Counted from the stretch's first letter, positions 21,201-29,561 are shown. The stretch is 64,000 nt of DNA from Spirochaetales bacterium (GCA_037142615.1 JBAXAI010000001.1:32001-96000); one strand, 5' to 3'. Numbers and translations are program-made. Notes: generated from the sequence alone by a model not told the origin.

Positions 21201-21563
21201 TTTCTTGAAGTTGGTTTCGACCCGGGCGGTCATCGCGTCGAGGTCTCTCATCGACAGCGCGTACCTGTCGAGCCGTGACTGCATGTCTTCGATCTCGGGA
21301 ATGCGCCCGAGCAAGCCGGTCTCGACGCCCTGGATGCGCCTCAGGATCTCCTGAGCCGTTTTGTCGTGCACCTTGAGGATGGTCTCGAAGTCCTTGATCG
21401 AGGCCGTCCGTTCGTCGACAAAGGTGTTGAGCTCGTGGCGGACATTTTCGGCAAACTTGCGGATCTTCTCGAGGGAGCGGTTGTTCTTGTCGAGCTGACG
21501 GAAGACCACCAGCATCACTGCCACCACGCCTAGAACGACGAGGTATCCCCAGTCAAAGGTCAT
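18219..21563 (-). CDS. giant coiled-coil protein (SpiroCoCo-like) with N-terminal TM anchor and C-terminal HTH
   Basis: TM then RQLDKNNRSLEK, about 1000 aa of E/K/L/Q heptads, C-terminal KLARQGW..EEISRATKLSLGEVELILE. Confidence 0.8.
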   Translation of the reverse strand: MTFDWGYLVVLGVVAVMLVVFRQLDKNNRSLEKIRKFAENVRHELNTFVDERTASIKDFETILKVHDKTAQEILRRIQGVETGLLGRIPEIEDMQSRLDRYALSMRDLDAMTARVETNFKKLEEETIFVDKIGLRIKGASDQMSALEAAFVQIRQEFADINRKDLETVRKNALEVFERETFAYVEQIKTANAKVDEFQATMDNLEATRDALVLKAGQDLEAKARQTLDDTEATYQKTADEAESLSLQVFRELEVRIQGLAALSEANLRGQLDTLGRNFEGGVADLNQVLLATRHDADALRSDTSTELEGLRSQLDRTSQDLRAEFQSEQGQLMAMTAQLKGDLEAKMLGVRRETVVEADKMRQELLASLELSQQSAKDYLAEVSKNEQRMADTLDSRLKDYEAGFAYRYQKMEESEKDLLVLDSNLRQAMERIAERIGQDFQAFDERMNLRRVEEQATLEKNLETTRGSLERLDKELEELKSRAFDNVSEKLAGFEEEFFADLQKRNAQLHHSLEEWQGGLKVQLEDAREQASRGMEDAQRNFAESARVKTQDLQATTWAQLDRLERQIHESQEAAVNQIRGHHTELDDTRARLKDELAELEKSLSARYQQEINRAELEATEAVTRLERETESRLRQVGENLDQFRADTQELLDGTTTEFSTGQAKFTQRFKDLEAEVGELYRGYKTTLSEKISALTEEFTQQKEELVTRSAEDRASLRSELSGLRAGIDELDNTLRLKTQAASEAFEREYESSMQDFQKKNRDLLLDMENKLRDYRSAVQDTREKAEAMQKKLFGKVEDQANLLAVSLEEIEKKQKSFVNQTKVFERADSLKQDLQEAIEDLKGDLARIEVQRKDLFEVESSITRVKKLGDETSEKMARFATEKKRIDLMDSDFQRILALSQSMEVRLEQVTSSNDLLQDIQLKIRKLEDYSKDIEIRYERLEKRREVLDNTTDGVDRNFALLEKVEKSIKNLDADVRQMPGEVEELRKRLKVLGAGKEDADKAVERLIQLDQLLKDVEGRIGRMEEARDWIARTETRLIETKDAAEAQIGTFQTLAKANSPVGTSAKSKGVDNDLRQTVIKLARQGWGKEEISRATKLSLGEVELILELGPR

Positions 21564-22225
21564 GTGGAGCTCCTGTCGAAGAGGAATGCGTCCAGTTCCC
21601 GGTAGTTCCGGAAGGTGATGGCGGCGGTCGTTGCTTTGGAAGACCGGCGGCCCAGATGCGCGCAGGGCATGCCGGCCGCGTGGGCACCCCTCACGTCGTA
21701 GGTGACGGAATTGCCCACGTAGAGCACCTGACCGGGGGGCAGGCCAAAGGTATCGGCAATGTGCAGAAAGGGTTGGGCGTGCGGTTTGAGCCAGCCGACT
21801 TCTTCCGACGAAAAGGACAGGTCCCACCAGCCATCGAGTCCCAACGCTTCGAGCCGACCCCGGATTGAAAAGTCCGACATCACGGCCAGCTTGTACCCGG
21901 AATCCTTGAGGCGCCGCAAGAGCGGGAGCAACCCGGCATAGGGCTTCAGAGCGTGGAAGGTTTGGTACCATCGGGTGTATACAACGGCCTCAATGCGTGC
22001 CCGGGCGCTTTCCACAGAAATGCCGAGGATCCGGGCGACAATCACGGCCTGCGTTTCGTGCACGTCAGGCAAGTGTTCGGGATGGTCATGCAGTTCTATG
22101 CGGGCCTTTTCGAGGGCCCTGAGAAGGTGGGAGTTGGCCACGGCCAAGGGAAGGGAGCGCCAGAGCATGGAGGCGTTGGGGTACAGCGTTCCATCCACGT
22201 CAAAGGCGACGGCTTTCAGGGTCAC
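21560..22225 (-). CDS. HAD-family hydrolase
   Basis: AFDVDGTLY, LKPH, YVGNS..YDV; GTG start after AGGAGG; stop overlaps the ATG of the coiled-coil gene. Confidence 0.88.
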   Translation of the reverse strand: MTLKAVAFDVDGTLYPNASMLWRSLPLAVANSHLLRALEKARIELHDHPEHLPDVHETQAVIVARILGISVESARARIEAVVYTRWYQTFHALKPYAGLLPLLRRLKDSGYKLAVMSDFSIRGRLEALGLDGWWDLSFSSEEVGWLKPHAQPFLHIADTFGLPPGQVLYVGNSVTYDVRGAHAAGMPCAHLGRRSSKATTAAITFRNYRELDAFLFDRSST

Positions 22226-22258
22226 GGCCCCTCCTGTCAGGGAGTCAATTTCCCACAG

Positions 22259-22287
22259 TTTACAAAAAAAATCAAGCAACATATACT
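22259..22287 (+). promoter_or_regulatory. sigma70-type promoter of the pyrK operon
   Basis: TTTACA-17 nt-TATACT, 10 nt before an ATG with no SD. Confidence 0.65.
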
Positions 22288-22297
22288 CAGCCCCACC

Positions 22298-23071
22298 ATG
22301 AAGCAGTTCCTTGCCCGTGTGCTGGAAAATCCCGTCATAGCCAAGGATTACCGCGAATTGTTCCTCTCGTGGCCTTCGGAGGTGCGGGTGCCGGCGCCGG
22401 GACAGATCCTGTCGGTGCGTGTGAACGCTGCCACGGTGCCGTTTCTGCGCAGACCCTTTGCCGTGGCCTCGTTCGACCGCCGGGAACGCGTCGCGAGCAT
22501 CATCTACCACGTTCGTGGGCCGGGCACCGAGATTCTGGCGGGCGTTCAAGCCGGCCAGCAGTTGGATATCCTGGGGCCCCGAGGTTTCTTTTTTCGCGAT
22601 CCTCCGCGCCCCGAGGCCGTACTCGTTGGCGGTGGAGTCGGCACGGGTCCCATCGTCTACGCCGCCAATTCGCTGGCCGAAAAGGGCTTTTCCCCGCTAC
22701 TCGTCGTCGGCTATCGCGGCCAGGAATTGGCACCGAGACTTCGGCTCAACCCAGCGGTGACTCTGCAATTGTGCACCGATGATGGCAGCGCCGGGTTCTC
22801 TGGAACCGTGGTGGAGTTTCTGAAGACACTGAGCTCCGGGCTCACCGACAAGGCTTTTGTTTGGGCCTGCGGTCCGCAACCCATGCTGAAGGCCGTTCAT
22901 CTCTGGACAAGGTCCCGCGAGGTTCCCTGCTGGGTCTCGCTCGAGGAAATCATGGCCTGCGGGGTCGGGGCCTGCATGGGTTGCACCGTGGAGACCACCG
23001 ACGAGCGACGGGTGGTCCGGGTGTGCACCGAAGGGCCTGTCCTGGCCTCCGAGGCCGTCAAATGGACCTGA
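22298..23071 (+). CDS. pyrK: dihydroorotate dehydrogenase B electron transfer subunit
   Basis: LRRPF, GGGVG, MACGVGACMGC..VCTEGPV 2Fe-2S motif. Confidence 0.93.
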   Translation: MKQFLARVLENPVIAKDYRELFLSWPSEVRVPAPGQILSVRVNAATVPFLRRPFAVASFDRRERVASIIYHVRGPGTEILAGVQAGQQLDILGPRGFFFRDPPRPEAVLVGGGVGTGPIVYAANSLAEKGFSPLLVVGYRGQELAPRLRLNPAVTLQLCTDDGSAGFSGTVVEFLKTLSSGLTDKAFVWACGPQPMLKAVHLWTRSREVPCWVSLEEIMACGVGACMGCTVETTDERRVVRVCTEGPVLASEAVKWT

Positions 23072-23967
23072 CTCTCCGCCTTCGCGAACTGACTTTGGCC
23101 GGTCCTGTCGGCGTTGCCTCGGGAACCTTCGGCTATGCCAAGGAGTACGAGGCTCTGGTGGACTTTTCCCGCATCGGCGCCGTCTACACCAAGGCAGTGA
23201 CGCCCGAGCCCAGGCTGGGCAATCCCTCGCCCCGGCTGGTCGAAACTGCGTCGGGCATGCTTAACTCGATTGGGCTTGCCAACGTGGGGGTCGAAGCGTT
23301 CATCCGCGACAAGATGCCCTTTCTACGCAGCCTTCCGTCGGCGGTGATCGTCAACGTGGCCGGGGCCGTCAACGAAGACTACGAGGCCGTGCTCGAGGCC
23401 CTGGAAGGCGTGGAAGGCGTTGGTGGTTACGAGATCAATGTTTCGTGTCCGAACGTGAAACACGGCGGGATGGCGCTCGGTACGGATCCCCGCTTGGTGG
23501 CCGACCTTACGCGCTCGCTGCGCTCCCGTACCAAGCGTCCGCTCATCCTGAAGCTGTCCCCGAACGTCACCGATATCGGAGCGACCGCCGAGGCGGCCGA
23601 GGCTGAAGGCGCCGATGCCGTAAGCTGCATCAATACCCTGGTTGGAATGGTCATCGACATCCGGGCCCGCAAGCCGGTGCTCCCTTTGGGAACCGGGGGC
23701 CTTTCAGGACCGGCCATCCTTCCCATTGCCGTGGCAGCCGTTTATAAGGTGAGCCGGCGTATCAAGATACCTGTTATTGGCATCGGCGGCATCACCCGCT
23801 GGCAAGACGCGGTACAGCACCTGCTTGCCGGAGCCAAGGGGGTACAGGTCGGGTCCGGAACGTTCGCCAACCCGCGCCTGGCCGAAGAGGTTCACGACGG
23901 TATTGTCGCCTGGTGCCGTGAAGCCGGGGTCTTGAAGCTGGCCGACGTCGCCGGCCTGTTGGGCTAG
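23062..23967 (+). CDS. pyrD: dihydroorotate dehydrogenase B catalytic subunit
   Basis: ASGTFG, NSIGLAN, EINVSCPN, KLSPNV, GGLSG. Confidence 0.95.
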   Translation: MDLTLRLRELTLAGPVGVASGTFGYAKEYEALVDFSRIGAVYTKAVTPEPRLGNPSPRLVETASGMLNSIGLANVGVEAFIRDKMPFLRSLPSAVIVNVAGAVNEDYEAVLEALEGVEGVGGYEINVSCPNVKHGGMALGTDPRLVADLTRSLRSRTKRPLILKLSPNVTDIGATAEAAEAEGADAVSCINTLVGMVIDIRARKPVLPLGTGGLSGPAILPIAVAAVYKVSRRIKIPVIGIGGITRWQDAVQHLLAGAKGVQVGSGTFANPRLAEEVHDGIVAWCREAGVLKLADVAGLLG

Positions 23968-23970
23968 CCG

Positions 23971-24717
23971 ATGGTTGCACTTGTCACCGGTGGGGCCCAC
24001 CGCCTGGGCGCAGAACTCGCTCTTTCTCTTGCCGCAGAGGGCTACGACCTGTGGATCCACTACCGGGGCTCTGCTCAGGCCGCGAGCGAGCTGGTAGACC
24101 GCCTGATTCAGAAGGGGGGCAGGGCCACGGCGGTTCAGGCTGATCTTGCCTGTGGCGGTGGGGCCGAAGCCCTTCTGGCGGCCCTTCGGTCGGGGCCGCT
24201 GCCATTCCCTTCGGTCGTGGTGCATTCTGCCTCCCAATGGTTGGTGGATAGTTGGAGGAGCGCTCTGTACGAGGATTGGGAGTCAGCGCACCGCCTGCAC
24301 AGCTGGACAGCCCTGCAGTTGGCCCGGGGGCTTGCCGAGTACGCTGAGAAAGCTAACGGGACCTGCCACCTGATCACTTTGCTCGACGCCCGCTCGCGGG
24401 ACCGTGACCCTGACCATTTTTCCTACGCGTTTGCCAAACGGGAACTGGGTCTGCTGACGCGTTGGTTGGCTCTCGAACTCGCCCCGGGTGTGCGTGTGAA
24501 CGGCATTGCGCCCGGCCTGGCCCTGCGTCCCGAAACGATGCCCTTGGCACAATGGGAGCAGATGGCGCTGGAATCAACTCCCTTGCGCGAGCCTGCGACG
24601 CCAGACCAGGTGGTATCGGCGCTCCGCTTCCTGCTCGACAGTCCGACCGTTACCGGCCAGGTGATCTCGGTCGACTCGGGACGGCACCTCCACGGAGACC
24701 TCTTTGGCTCCCTTTGA
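23971..24717 (+). CDS. SDR oxidoreductase, pteridine reductase/FolM-like
   Basis: TGGAHRLG, IHY, YAFAK catalytic motif, VNGIAPG; next to folB. Confidence 0.8.
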   Translation: MVALVTGGAHRLGAELALSLAAEGYDLWIHYRGSAQAASELVDRLIQKGGRATAVQADLACGGGAEALLAALRSGPLPFPSVVVHSASQWLVDSWRSALYEDWESAHRLHSWTALQLARGLAEYAEKANGTCHLITLLDARSRDRDPDHFSYAFAKRELGLLTRWLALELAPGVRVNGIAPGLALRPETMPLAQWEQMALESTPLREPATPDQVVSALRFLLDSPTVTGQVISVDSGRHLHGDLFGSL

Positions 24718-25060
24718 CGAGTTGCGGCTGGAAAACTGGGCCATACAAGTAGCCATCGGTGCCTGGGACGAAGAAAAAGCGGCCACGCAGCAACTCGTGT
24801 TGGATGTTCGCCTGCGGGGCGACTTTTCCCGGGCCACCGCCACCGACCGCCTTGACGAGGCTCTTGACTATGCCGTTTTAAGGCAGGACTGTGAGCGCTG
24901 GCTGCTGGGTAAGCGGTGGGTTCTGCTCGAGGCCTTCACGGCGGATCTCTGCCAGCACCTGTTGACGCCCGACCTCGTGCGCGAGGTCACGGCCACCGTA
25001 CTCAAACCTGCCGCCCAGGCCCCGGTGCGGGTCAGTTGCACAATGACTAGAGCAAAATGA
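24704..25060 (+). CDS. folB: dihydroneopterin aldolase
   Basis: IG..EE...Q.L.LDV, LDY, LLEA, LKP motifs. Confidence 0.85.
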   Translation: MAPFDELRLENWAIQVAIGAWDEEKAATQQLVLDVRLRGDFSRATATDRLDEALDYAVLRQDCERWLLGKRWVLLEAFTADLCQHLLTPDLVREVTATVLKPAAQAPVRVSCTMTRAK

Positions 25061-25073
25061 CTCAATGAGTCAT
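25057..25073. promoter_or_regulatory. perfect palindrome, candidate enhancer-binding-protein site (UAS)
   Basis: ATGACTCA-A-TGAGTCAT, about 140 bp upstream of a -24/-12 promoter. Confidence 0.5.
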
Positions 25074-25210
25074 AAAGGGACATAAAGTCCATCGATCTCT
25101 TGTCCTGGGTATTTATGATACATGTGTGTCACATTAGTTCGGGAGGTGCCAGCCCTCGAATTGTCATTAACATGTTCTCTTAAAGAGATTTAGGATGACA
25201 TTCGCAGAAT

Positions 25211-25226
25211 TGGCACGTCCTTTGCT
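25211..25226 (+). promoter_or_regulatory. sigma54 (-24/-12) promoter of hsp20
   Basis: TGGCAC-GTCCT-TTGCT, exact consensus spacing, in an AT-rich spacer. Confidence 0.8.
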
Positions 25227-25267
25227 TTCCTTTGGTATCGCCCATAGGAATCAATAGGAGGTTCCCC

Positions 25268-25651
25268 ATGAACATGTACGATCTTCTGACTTCGACGCTT
25301 CCGGCTTTGGCGAGCGTCCCGGCGTTGCCGCGGGTTGATGTTTCCGAGGTGCAAGGCGCCTATGAACTGACGGCCGAATTGCCGGGCCTCAGCCCGGAGC
25401 AGGTCACCGTTCAGGTGACCGACGGACTTCTGGAAGTTTCCGCTCCTGCCCTCGAGAGGAGCACGCCCGAAGGGAGTCGATGGTTGGTGCGAGAGCGTCA
25501 GAACCAAGCTTTTCACCGTTCCTTCCGCCTGCCTCGCGACGTCGATGCGACCGGGATCGAAGCCCATTTCGCCAACGGCTTGCTCAAGCTGATTTTGCCC
25601 AAGAAGCCCGAGGCTCAGCCTCGCACGGTTGCCATCAAGACCGCGGCTTAG
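25268..25651 (+). CDS. Hsp20/alpha-crystallin small heat-shock protein
   Basis: PRVDV.E, AELPG, F.RSF.LP, A.F.NGLLKL.LPK; AGGAGG SD. Confidence 0.93.
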   Translation: MNMYDLLTSTLPALASVPALPRVDVSEVQGAYELTAELPGLSPEQVTVQVTDGLLEVSAPALERSTPEGSRWLVRERQNQAFHRSFRLPRDVDATGIEAHFANGLLKLILPKKPEAQPRTVAIKTAA

Positions 25652-25675
25652 AGGGCTCCAAGCGTCCCAATCAAC

Positions 25676-25704
25676 TTGCGATGGCCAGCAAACTGGGCTA
25701 AGAT
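25676..25704 (+). promoter_or_regulatory. sigma70-type promoter upstream of the folE uORF
   Basis: TTGCGA-17 nt-TAAGAT, 6 nt before ATG 25711. Confidence 0.6.
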
Positions 25705-25710
25705 CGGGCA

Positions 25711-25809
25711 ATGGAAAAGCGTGCCTCTTTCACCCTTTCGAAAAAGTTCAGTTTGCTGGCCCAGGCTGGGGCAACCCTCGAACCCGGCCGCAAGTTCAAG
25801 GCTTGGTGA
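25711..25809 (+). CDS. putative 32-aa leaderless uORF coupled to folE ([32 protein letters not shown])
   Basis: -10/N6/ATG geometry; its TGA overlaps the folE ATG (TGATG). Confidence 0.45.
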   Translation: MEKRASFTLSKKFSLLAQAGATLEPGRKFKAW

Positions 25810-26372
25810 TGGACGAGAAGCGCGTCGCCCAGTTGATCCGTGAACTTCTGGTTGAACTCGGCGAAGACCCTGACCGTGAGGGTCTGGCGCGTACGCCCCA
25901 GCGGGTTGCCAAGTCCTGGGAGTTTCTGACCCGAGGCTATCGGCAAGACCCCGAAGAGGTACTCAATCAGGCCGTGTTCACCGCTGCGGGCCACAACATG
26001 GTCATCGTGCGCAACATCGAGATCTTCTCGTTGTGCGAGCACCATTTGCTGCCGTTTTTTGGCCGTTGTCAGGTAGGCTACATTCCCCGGGACAAAGTCC
26101 TCGGCGTCAGCAAAATCGCACGCCTGGCCGACGTTTTCTCGCGCCGTCTGCAGATTCAGGAAAGGCTCACCGACCAAGTAGCTGGCGCCGTGATGGAAGC
26201 GACAGGTGCGCTGGGAGTCGGCGTTGTCATCGAGGCGAAGCACCTGTGCATGATGATGCGGGGCGTTGAGAAACAACACTCGTCGATGGTGACCAGCGCG
26301 GTTCTCGGCAGTTTCCGGTCCGACCCCAAGACACGCGAGGAGTTCCTGTCGCTTATACGGGCCTTTGACTAG
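25809..26372 (+). CDS. folE: GTP cyclohydrolase I
   Basis: [41 protein letters not shown]. Confidence 0.97.
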   Translation: MDEKRVAQLIRELLVELGEDPDREGLARTPQRVAKSWEFLTRGYRQDPEEVLNQAVFTAAGHNMVIVRNIEIFSLCEHHLLPFFGRCQVGYIPRDKVLGVSKIARLADVFSRRLQIQERLTDQVAGAVMEATGALGVGVVIEAKHLCMMMRGVEKQHSSMVTSAVLGSFRSDPKTREEFLSLIRAFD

Positions 26373-26377
26373 TAGGG

Positions 26378-26959
26378 CTAGTTCGTCAGCGCGCGCAGCT
26401 GCGCCTTGGCCTCGTCGAGGTGTCCTTGGTATTCCATCCGCATCGGTTCCAAGTTTTCGGCGAGAACCTTGAGGTAAGCTGGATCCCGTTCAAGCACGTA
26501 CTGCGCGGGGTTGGCTCCCTGCTGCTGTGCTCGTTGACGAAGCTGCGGGCCCAGTTGCTGGGCAATGGCCGCCCTCAGTTGGGTGACCTCCTGGCCGTAC
26601 TGCTGGAACAAACCCGACAGCGACTCAACGATGGGTCCGGATTTTCCCGACGTGAGAACGTCCAGAAGGGCCGCGACCTTTTCAAGATCCTTGAGGGCCG
26701 GGATTTCGAAGGCCAGATTGATGCGGCTGACGAGGTTTTCGCCGGCGCCGGAGCGGAACGACTGCTTTTCATCCTTGCCGAGCTCGGCGCTACGGGTCTT
26801 GAGCGATTCAGCGAAGAACGCCGGACCCTCTTCCAGTCCCTTGGCGGCAGCGACTCGACCCTGCGTGAACAGTTCCTTGCGTCGCAATTCGTCCTTGTCG
26901 ACCGAAAGGCCTTCGGTTTTTTCGAGGGCCAGTTCAAGGGCCGATTTGATCAGTGCCAT
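26378..26959 (-). CDS. conserved hypothetical helical protein (IKSALELALEKT N-terminus)
   Basis: GGGAG SD before ATG 26959; overlaps the upstream gene stop. Confidence 0.7.
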   Translation of the reverse strand: MALIKSALELALEKTEGLSVDKDELRRKELFTQGRVAAAKGLEEGPAFFAESLKTRSAELGKDEKQSFRSGAGENLVSRINLAFEIPALKDLEKVAALLDVLTSGKSGPIVESLSGLFQQYGQEVTQLRAAIAQQLGPQLRQRAQQQGANPAQYVLERDPAYLKVLAENLEPMRMEYQGHLDEAKAQLRALTN

Positions 26960-27567
26960 AGGTGTACTCCCGCCTTCAAGATAGCCGAATCTGCCCCCAA
27001 GATCAAACCATCGAGCAGGTGGTCGTGCGGCTCGGTAGGCAACCAGCTGACGGCTTGCCCGGAAAACGCGTAGCCGAGTGAGACGACACTGGGAGCGTTC
27101 TGACCAAGAAACCGATCGAAAAAGCCTCCACCTCGACCCAGGCGGGCTCCCCCAGGTGCGAAAGCCAGCCCCGGAACCAGGACCAAGGAGCTGCGATTTT
27201 CCGACGGTTCCCAGCACGGTCCCTCGAACGGTTGCGAAAGGCCCCAGCGGTGGCTCTCCCAGGGACCGTCGAGCGAGCTCACGTGCACGAACGTCATTGC
27301 CTTGGCTTCGACCCGGGCGAGTGCGACCCTTTGCCCCCTTTCCAAGCAAAGGTTGAGAAAGACCGTCAGATCCGGCTCGGTCGCACCCGGAAGGCACGCC
27401 AAAACCCAGTCGAAACCGGCTCCGGGCTCCCACCGAGTCAACTGCTCCACGATGCCGGCGGCCTCGTTTGCATCGCTGACGAGAGTCTGAAAAAGCTCTC
27501 TGTGCCGCTTTTTTTCCTCGCGGACACTCGCTTGCGGGTCTGGCTGAGGCACGCTAGAATGACTCAT
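26950..27567 (-). CDS. 5-formyltetrahydrofolate cyclo-ligase
   Basis: VPGLAF...RLGRGGGFFDR, EPHD..LD; AAGGAG SD 5 nt before ATG 27567. Confidence 0.9.
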   Translation of the reverse strand: MSHSSVPQPDPQASVREEKKRHRELFQTLVSDANEAAGIVEQLTRWEPGAGFDWVLACLPGATEPDLTVFLNLCLERGQRVALARVEAKAMTFVHVSSLDGPWESHRWGLSQPFEGPCWEPSENRSSLVLVPGLAFAPGGARLGRGGGFFDRFLGQNAPSVVSLGYAFSGQAVSWLPTEPHDHLLDGLILGADSAILKAGVHLWH

Positions 27568-27904
27568 GGGCACTCCTTCAGCAACCAACTACAGTCTGGC
27601 CTACTTTGAAGATATTTTCGGTGGACGCAACGACGAGTTCCGCGACCTCTTGGCCATAATTTTGGAAATGCTGGTTTTCTACCACTCTGCCTACCCCGAA
27701 GTGGCCCGTTCCCCCGATCCCGAAGAGCTCTCGCAGTTCCGTCATAAGCATGTCACTCTCATCGAGAACCTGCAGTTGGCCCGTTTGAAGCAACTTTCCA
27801 TCGAAGTGGCCTCCCTGACCGGCGAGGCTCGCGAACGCAACATCACCGAGGTGCAGTCTCTGGTCAGCCATCTGATCGAGGACCTGCGCGTCGAGCTGGG
27901 TTAG
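27566..27904 (+). CDS. stand-alone Hpt-like (histidine phosphotransfer) protein
   Basis: LAYFEDIFGG..EF..LL start, D.EEL..RHK helix pattern, 112 aa; TAGAAT 5 nt before ATG. Confidence 0.55.
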   Translation: MGTPSATNYSLAYFEDIFGGRNDEFRDLLAIILEMLVFYHSAYPEVARSPDPEELSQFRHKHVTLIENLQLARLKQLSIEVASLTGEARERNITEVQSLVSHLIEDLRVELG

Positions 27905-29130
27905 CGTTTCCCGAGAACGGATTCGAGACGACTGAGCGCCACCTCGACCTTTTCACGGTGGTTGAAGGCACTGATGCGAATGTAGCCCTGGCCGCACGTC
28001 CCGAAGCCTGATCCCGGCGTGACGACGACCTGGGCTTCGTCGAGAAGGCGGTCGAAGCTTTCCCAACTGTCGGTGCCGACTTTGACCCACACGTAGGGTC
28101 CATTTTCGCCGCCGGTGACCTCGAGCCCCCACGACAGCAGCCGTTCGCGGATCAGTCGTGCGTTGGCCATGTACGAGTCGGTCAGTTGGCGCACTTCCTT
28201 CTGCCCCTCGGCTGTGTAGACGGCTGCGGCGGCCACCTGAACCGGGTACGACACGCCGTTGAACTTGGTGCTGTGCCGCCGGTTCCAAATATCAAGGAGT
28301 TTATGGCCGTTGCCTTCGGAATCCCAAACCAGAACGGTGTCGGGAATGACGGTGTAGGCGCACCGTGTGCCGGTGAAGCCAGCCGTTTTCGAGAACGATC
28401 TGAACTCTACGGCGCACTCGCGGGCCCCAGGAATCTCAAAGATCGAAATGGGAATCTGAGGGTCGCGGATGAAGGCGGCGTAGGCGGCGTCGAACAACAG
28501 GAGTGCCTTGTGCTCCCGGGCGTAGTCGACCCAGGCCTGAAGCTGCGCCCGGGTGGCAACCGCGCCGGTCGGGTTGTTGGGAAAGCAGAGGTACACCAGA
28601 TCGAGGGCATAGGTCGGTGGCGGGGGAACAAAACCGTTTTCGCGGTTTCCCTCCAGGTAGAAAAGGCCCTCGTAGCGGCCGTCAACAGCGGCACCGGTGC
28701 GGCCTGCCATCACGTTGGTGTCGACGTAGACCGGATACACCGGATCAGGAATGCCGATTCGCAGCTTGTCGCCCAACAGCTCCTGAAAGTTGCCGGTGTC
28801 GCACTTGGAGCCGTCGGAGACTACGATCTCGTGGGCACCGATCTGGGCCCCCCTCGCCTGAAAGTCGTGGGCAGCAATGGCTTCGCGGAGGAAGGCGTAG
28901 CCCTGTTCAGGCCCGTAACCCCGAAAGGTTTCGGCCTTGGACAACTCCTCGACCCCCTTGTGGAAGGCCGCGACGATGGTAGGGCTAAGCGGCAGCGTGA
29001 CATCCCCGATCCCCAGACGGATCAGCGGCTTGTCGGGATGCGCCTTTTGGTAGGCTTCGACCTTGCGCGAAATGGTTGTAAAAAGGTAGGACGCCTGAAG
29101 TTTACGGTAGTTTTCGTTGATGGTAATCAT
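27901..29130 (-). CDS. dapL: LL-diaminopimelate aminotransferase
   Basis: [39 protein letters not shown]. Confidence 0.96.
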   Translation of the reverse strand: MITINENYRKLQASYLFTTISRKVEAYQKAHPDKPLIRLGIGDVTLPLSPTIVAAFHKGVEELSKAETFRGYGPEQGYAFLREAIAAHDFQARGAQIGAHEIVVSDGSKCDTGNFQELLGDKLRIGIPDPVYPVYVDTNVMAGRTGAAVDGRYEGLFYLEGNRENGFVPPPPTYALDLVYLCFPNNPTGAVATRAQLQAWVDYAREHKALLLFDAAYAAFIRDPQIPISIFEIPGARECAVEFRSFSKTAGFTGTRCAYTVIPDTVLVWDSEGNGHKLLDIWNRRHSTKFNGVSYPVQVAAAAVYTAEGQKEVRQLTDSYMANARLIRERLLSWGLEVTGGENGPYVWVKVGTDSWESFDRLLDEAQVVVTPGSGFGTCGQGYIRISAFNHREKVEVALSRLESVLGKR

Positions 29131-29190
29131 GGGCGCTATTTTGCCGTAAACCCGGGGGAAGATCCAGAGCCCGGGTGTTACCCCGTGCCC

Positions 29191-29219
29191 TTGACCCTCA
29201 GCAGCTTTCCGGCTACTAT
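29191..29219 (+). promoter_or_regulatory. sigma70 promoter of rpmE
   Basis: TTGACC-17 nt-TACTAT. Confidence 0.7.
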
Positions 29220-29292
29220 ATTCGCTCCGGACTGTGTTTGGGCGTCACCAGTGAAGTGCGTCAGAAAGGGCAGTCCAGGCAAGGAGCCACGC

Positions 29293-29541
29293 ATGAAAGA
29301 GGGCATTCACCCCAACTATCAATTTGTCTTGTTTAAGGACGGCTTGACCGGCACCATGTTCCTGTCCCGGTCGACCATGACCAGCAGAGAAAAGGTCAAG
29401 CACACCGACGGCAAAGAATACCCGGTGGTCACGATGGAAATCTCGGCTGACTCGCACCCGTTCTTCACCGGTCAGCAGCAGTTGGTCGACACGGCCGGCC
29501 GCGTGGAACGCTTCAACAAAAAGTACAACATCAAGAAGTAG
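29293..29541 (+). CDS. rpmE2: 50S ribosomal protein L31 type B (Cys-free)
   Basis: [29 protein letters not shown]; no CxxC. Confidence 0.93.
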   Translation: MKEGIHPNYQFVLFKDGLTGTMFLSRSTMTSREKVKHTDGKEYPVVTMEISADSHPFFTGQQQLVDTAGRVERFNKKYNIKK

Positions 29542-29561
29542 TTGTTTTCGGCCACCACAAG

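Noticed and set aside
18219-21563. Giant coiled coil as an SMC/Wadjet subunit or phage tape-measure protein
   Set aside because: No Walker motifs or phage genes; the TM anchor and C-terminal HTH fit the spirochaete coiled-coil family
25658-25806. 6S RNA or THF riboswitch assignment for the folE upstream structure
   Set aside because: No symmetric central bubble, not adjacent to the cyclo-ligase 5' end, and riboswitch consensus bases not recognisable; kept only as an unnamed candidate
28186-29292. Apparent 451-aa ORF ending in L31
   Set aside because: The upstream part is the antisense shadow of dapL; the real rpmE start is ATG 29293 with SD and promoter
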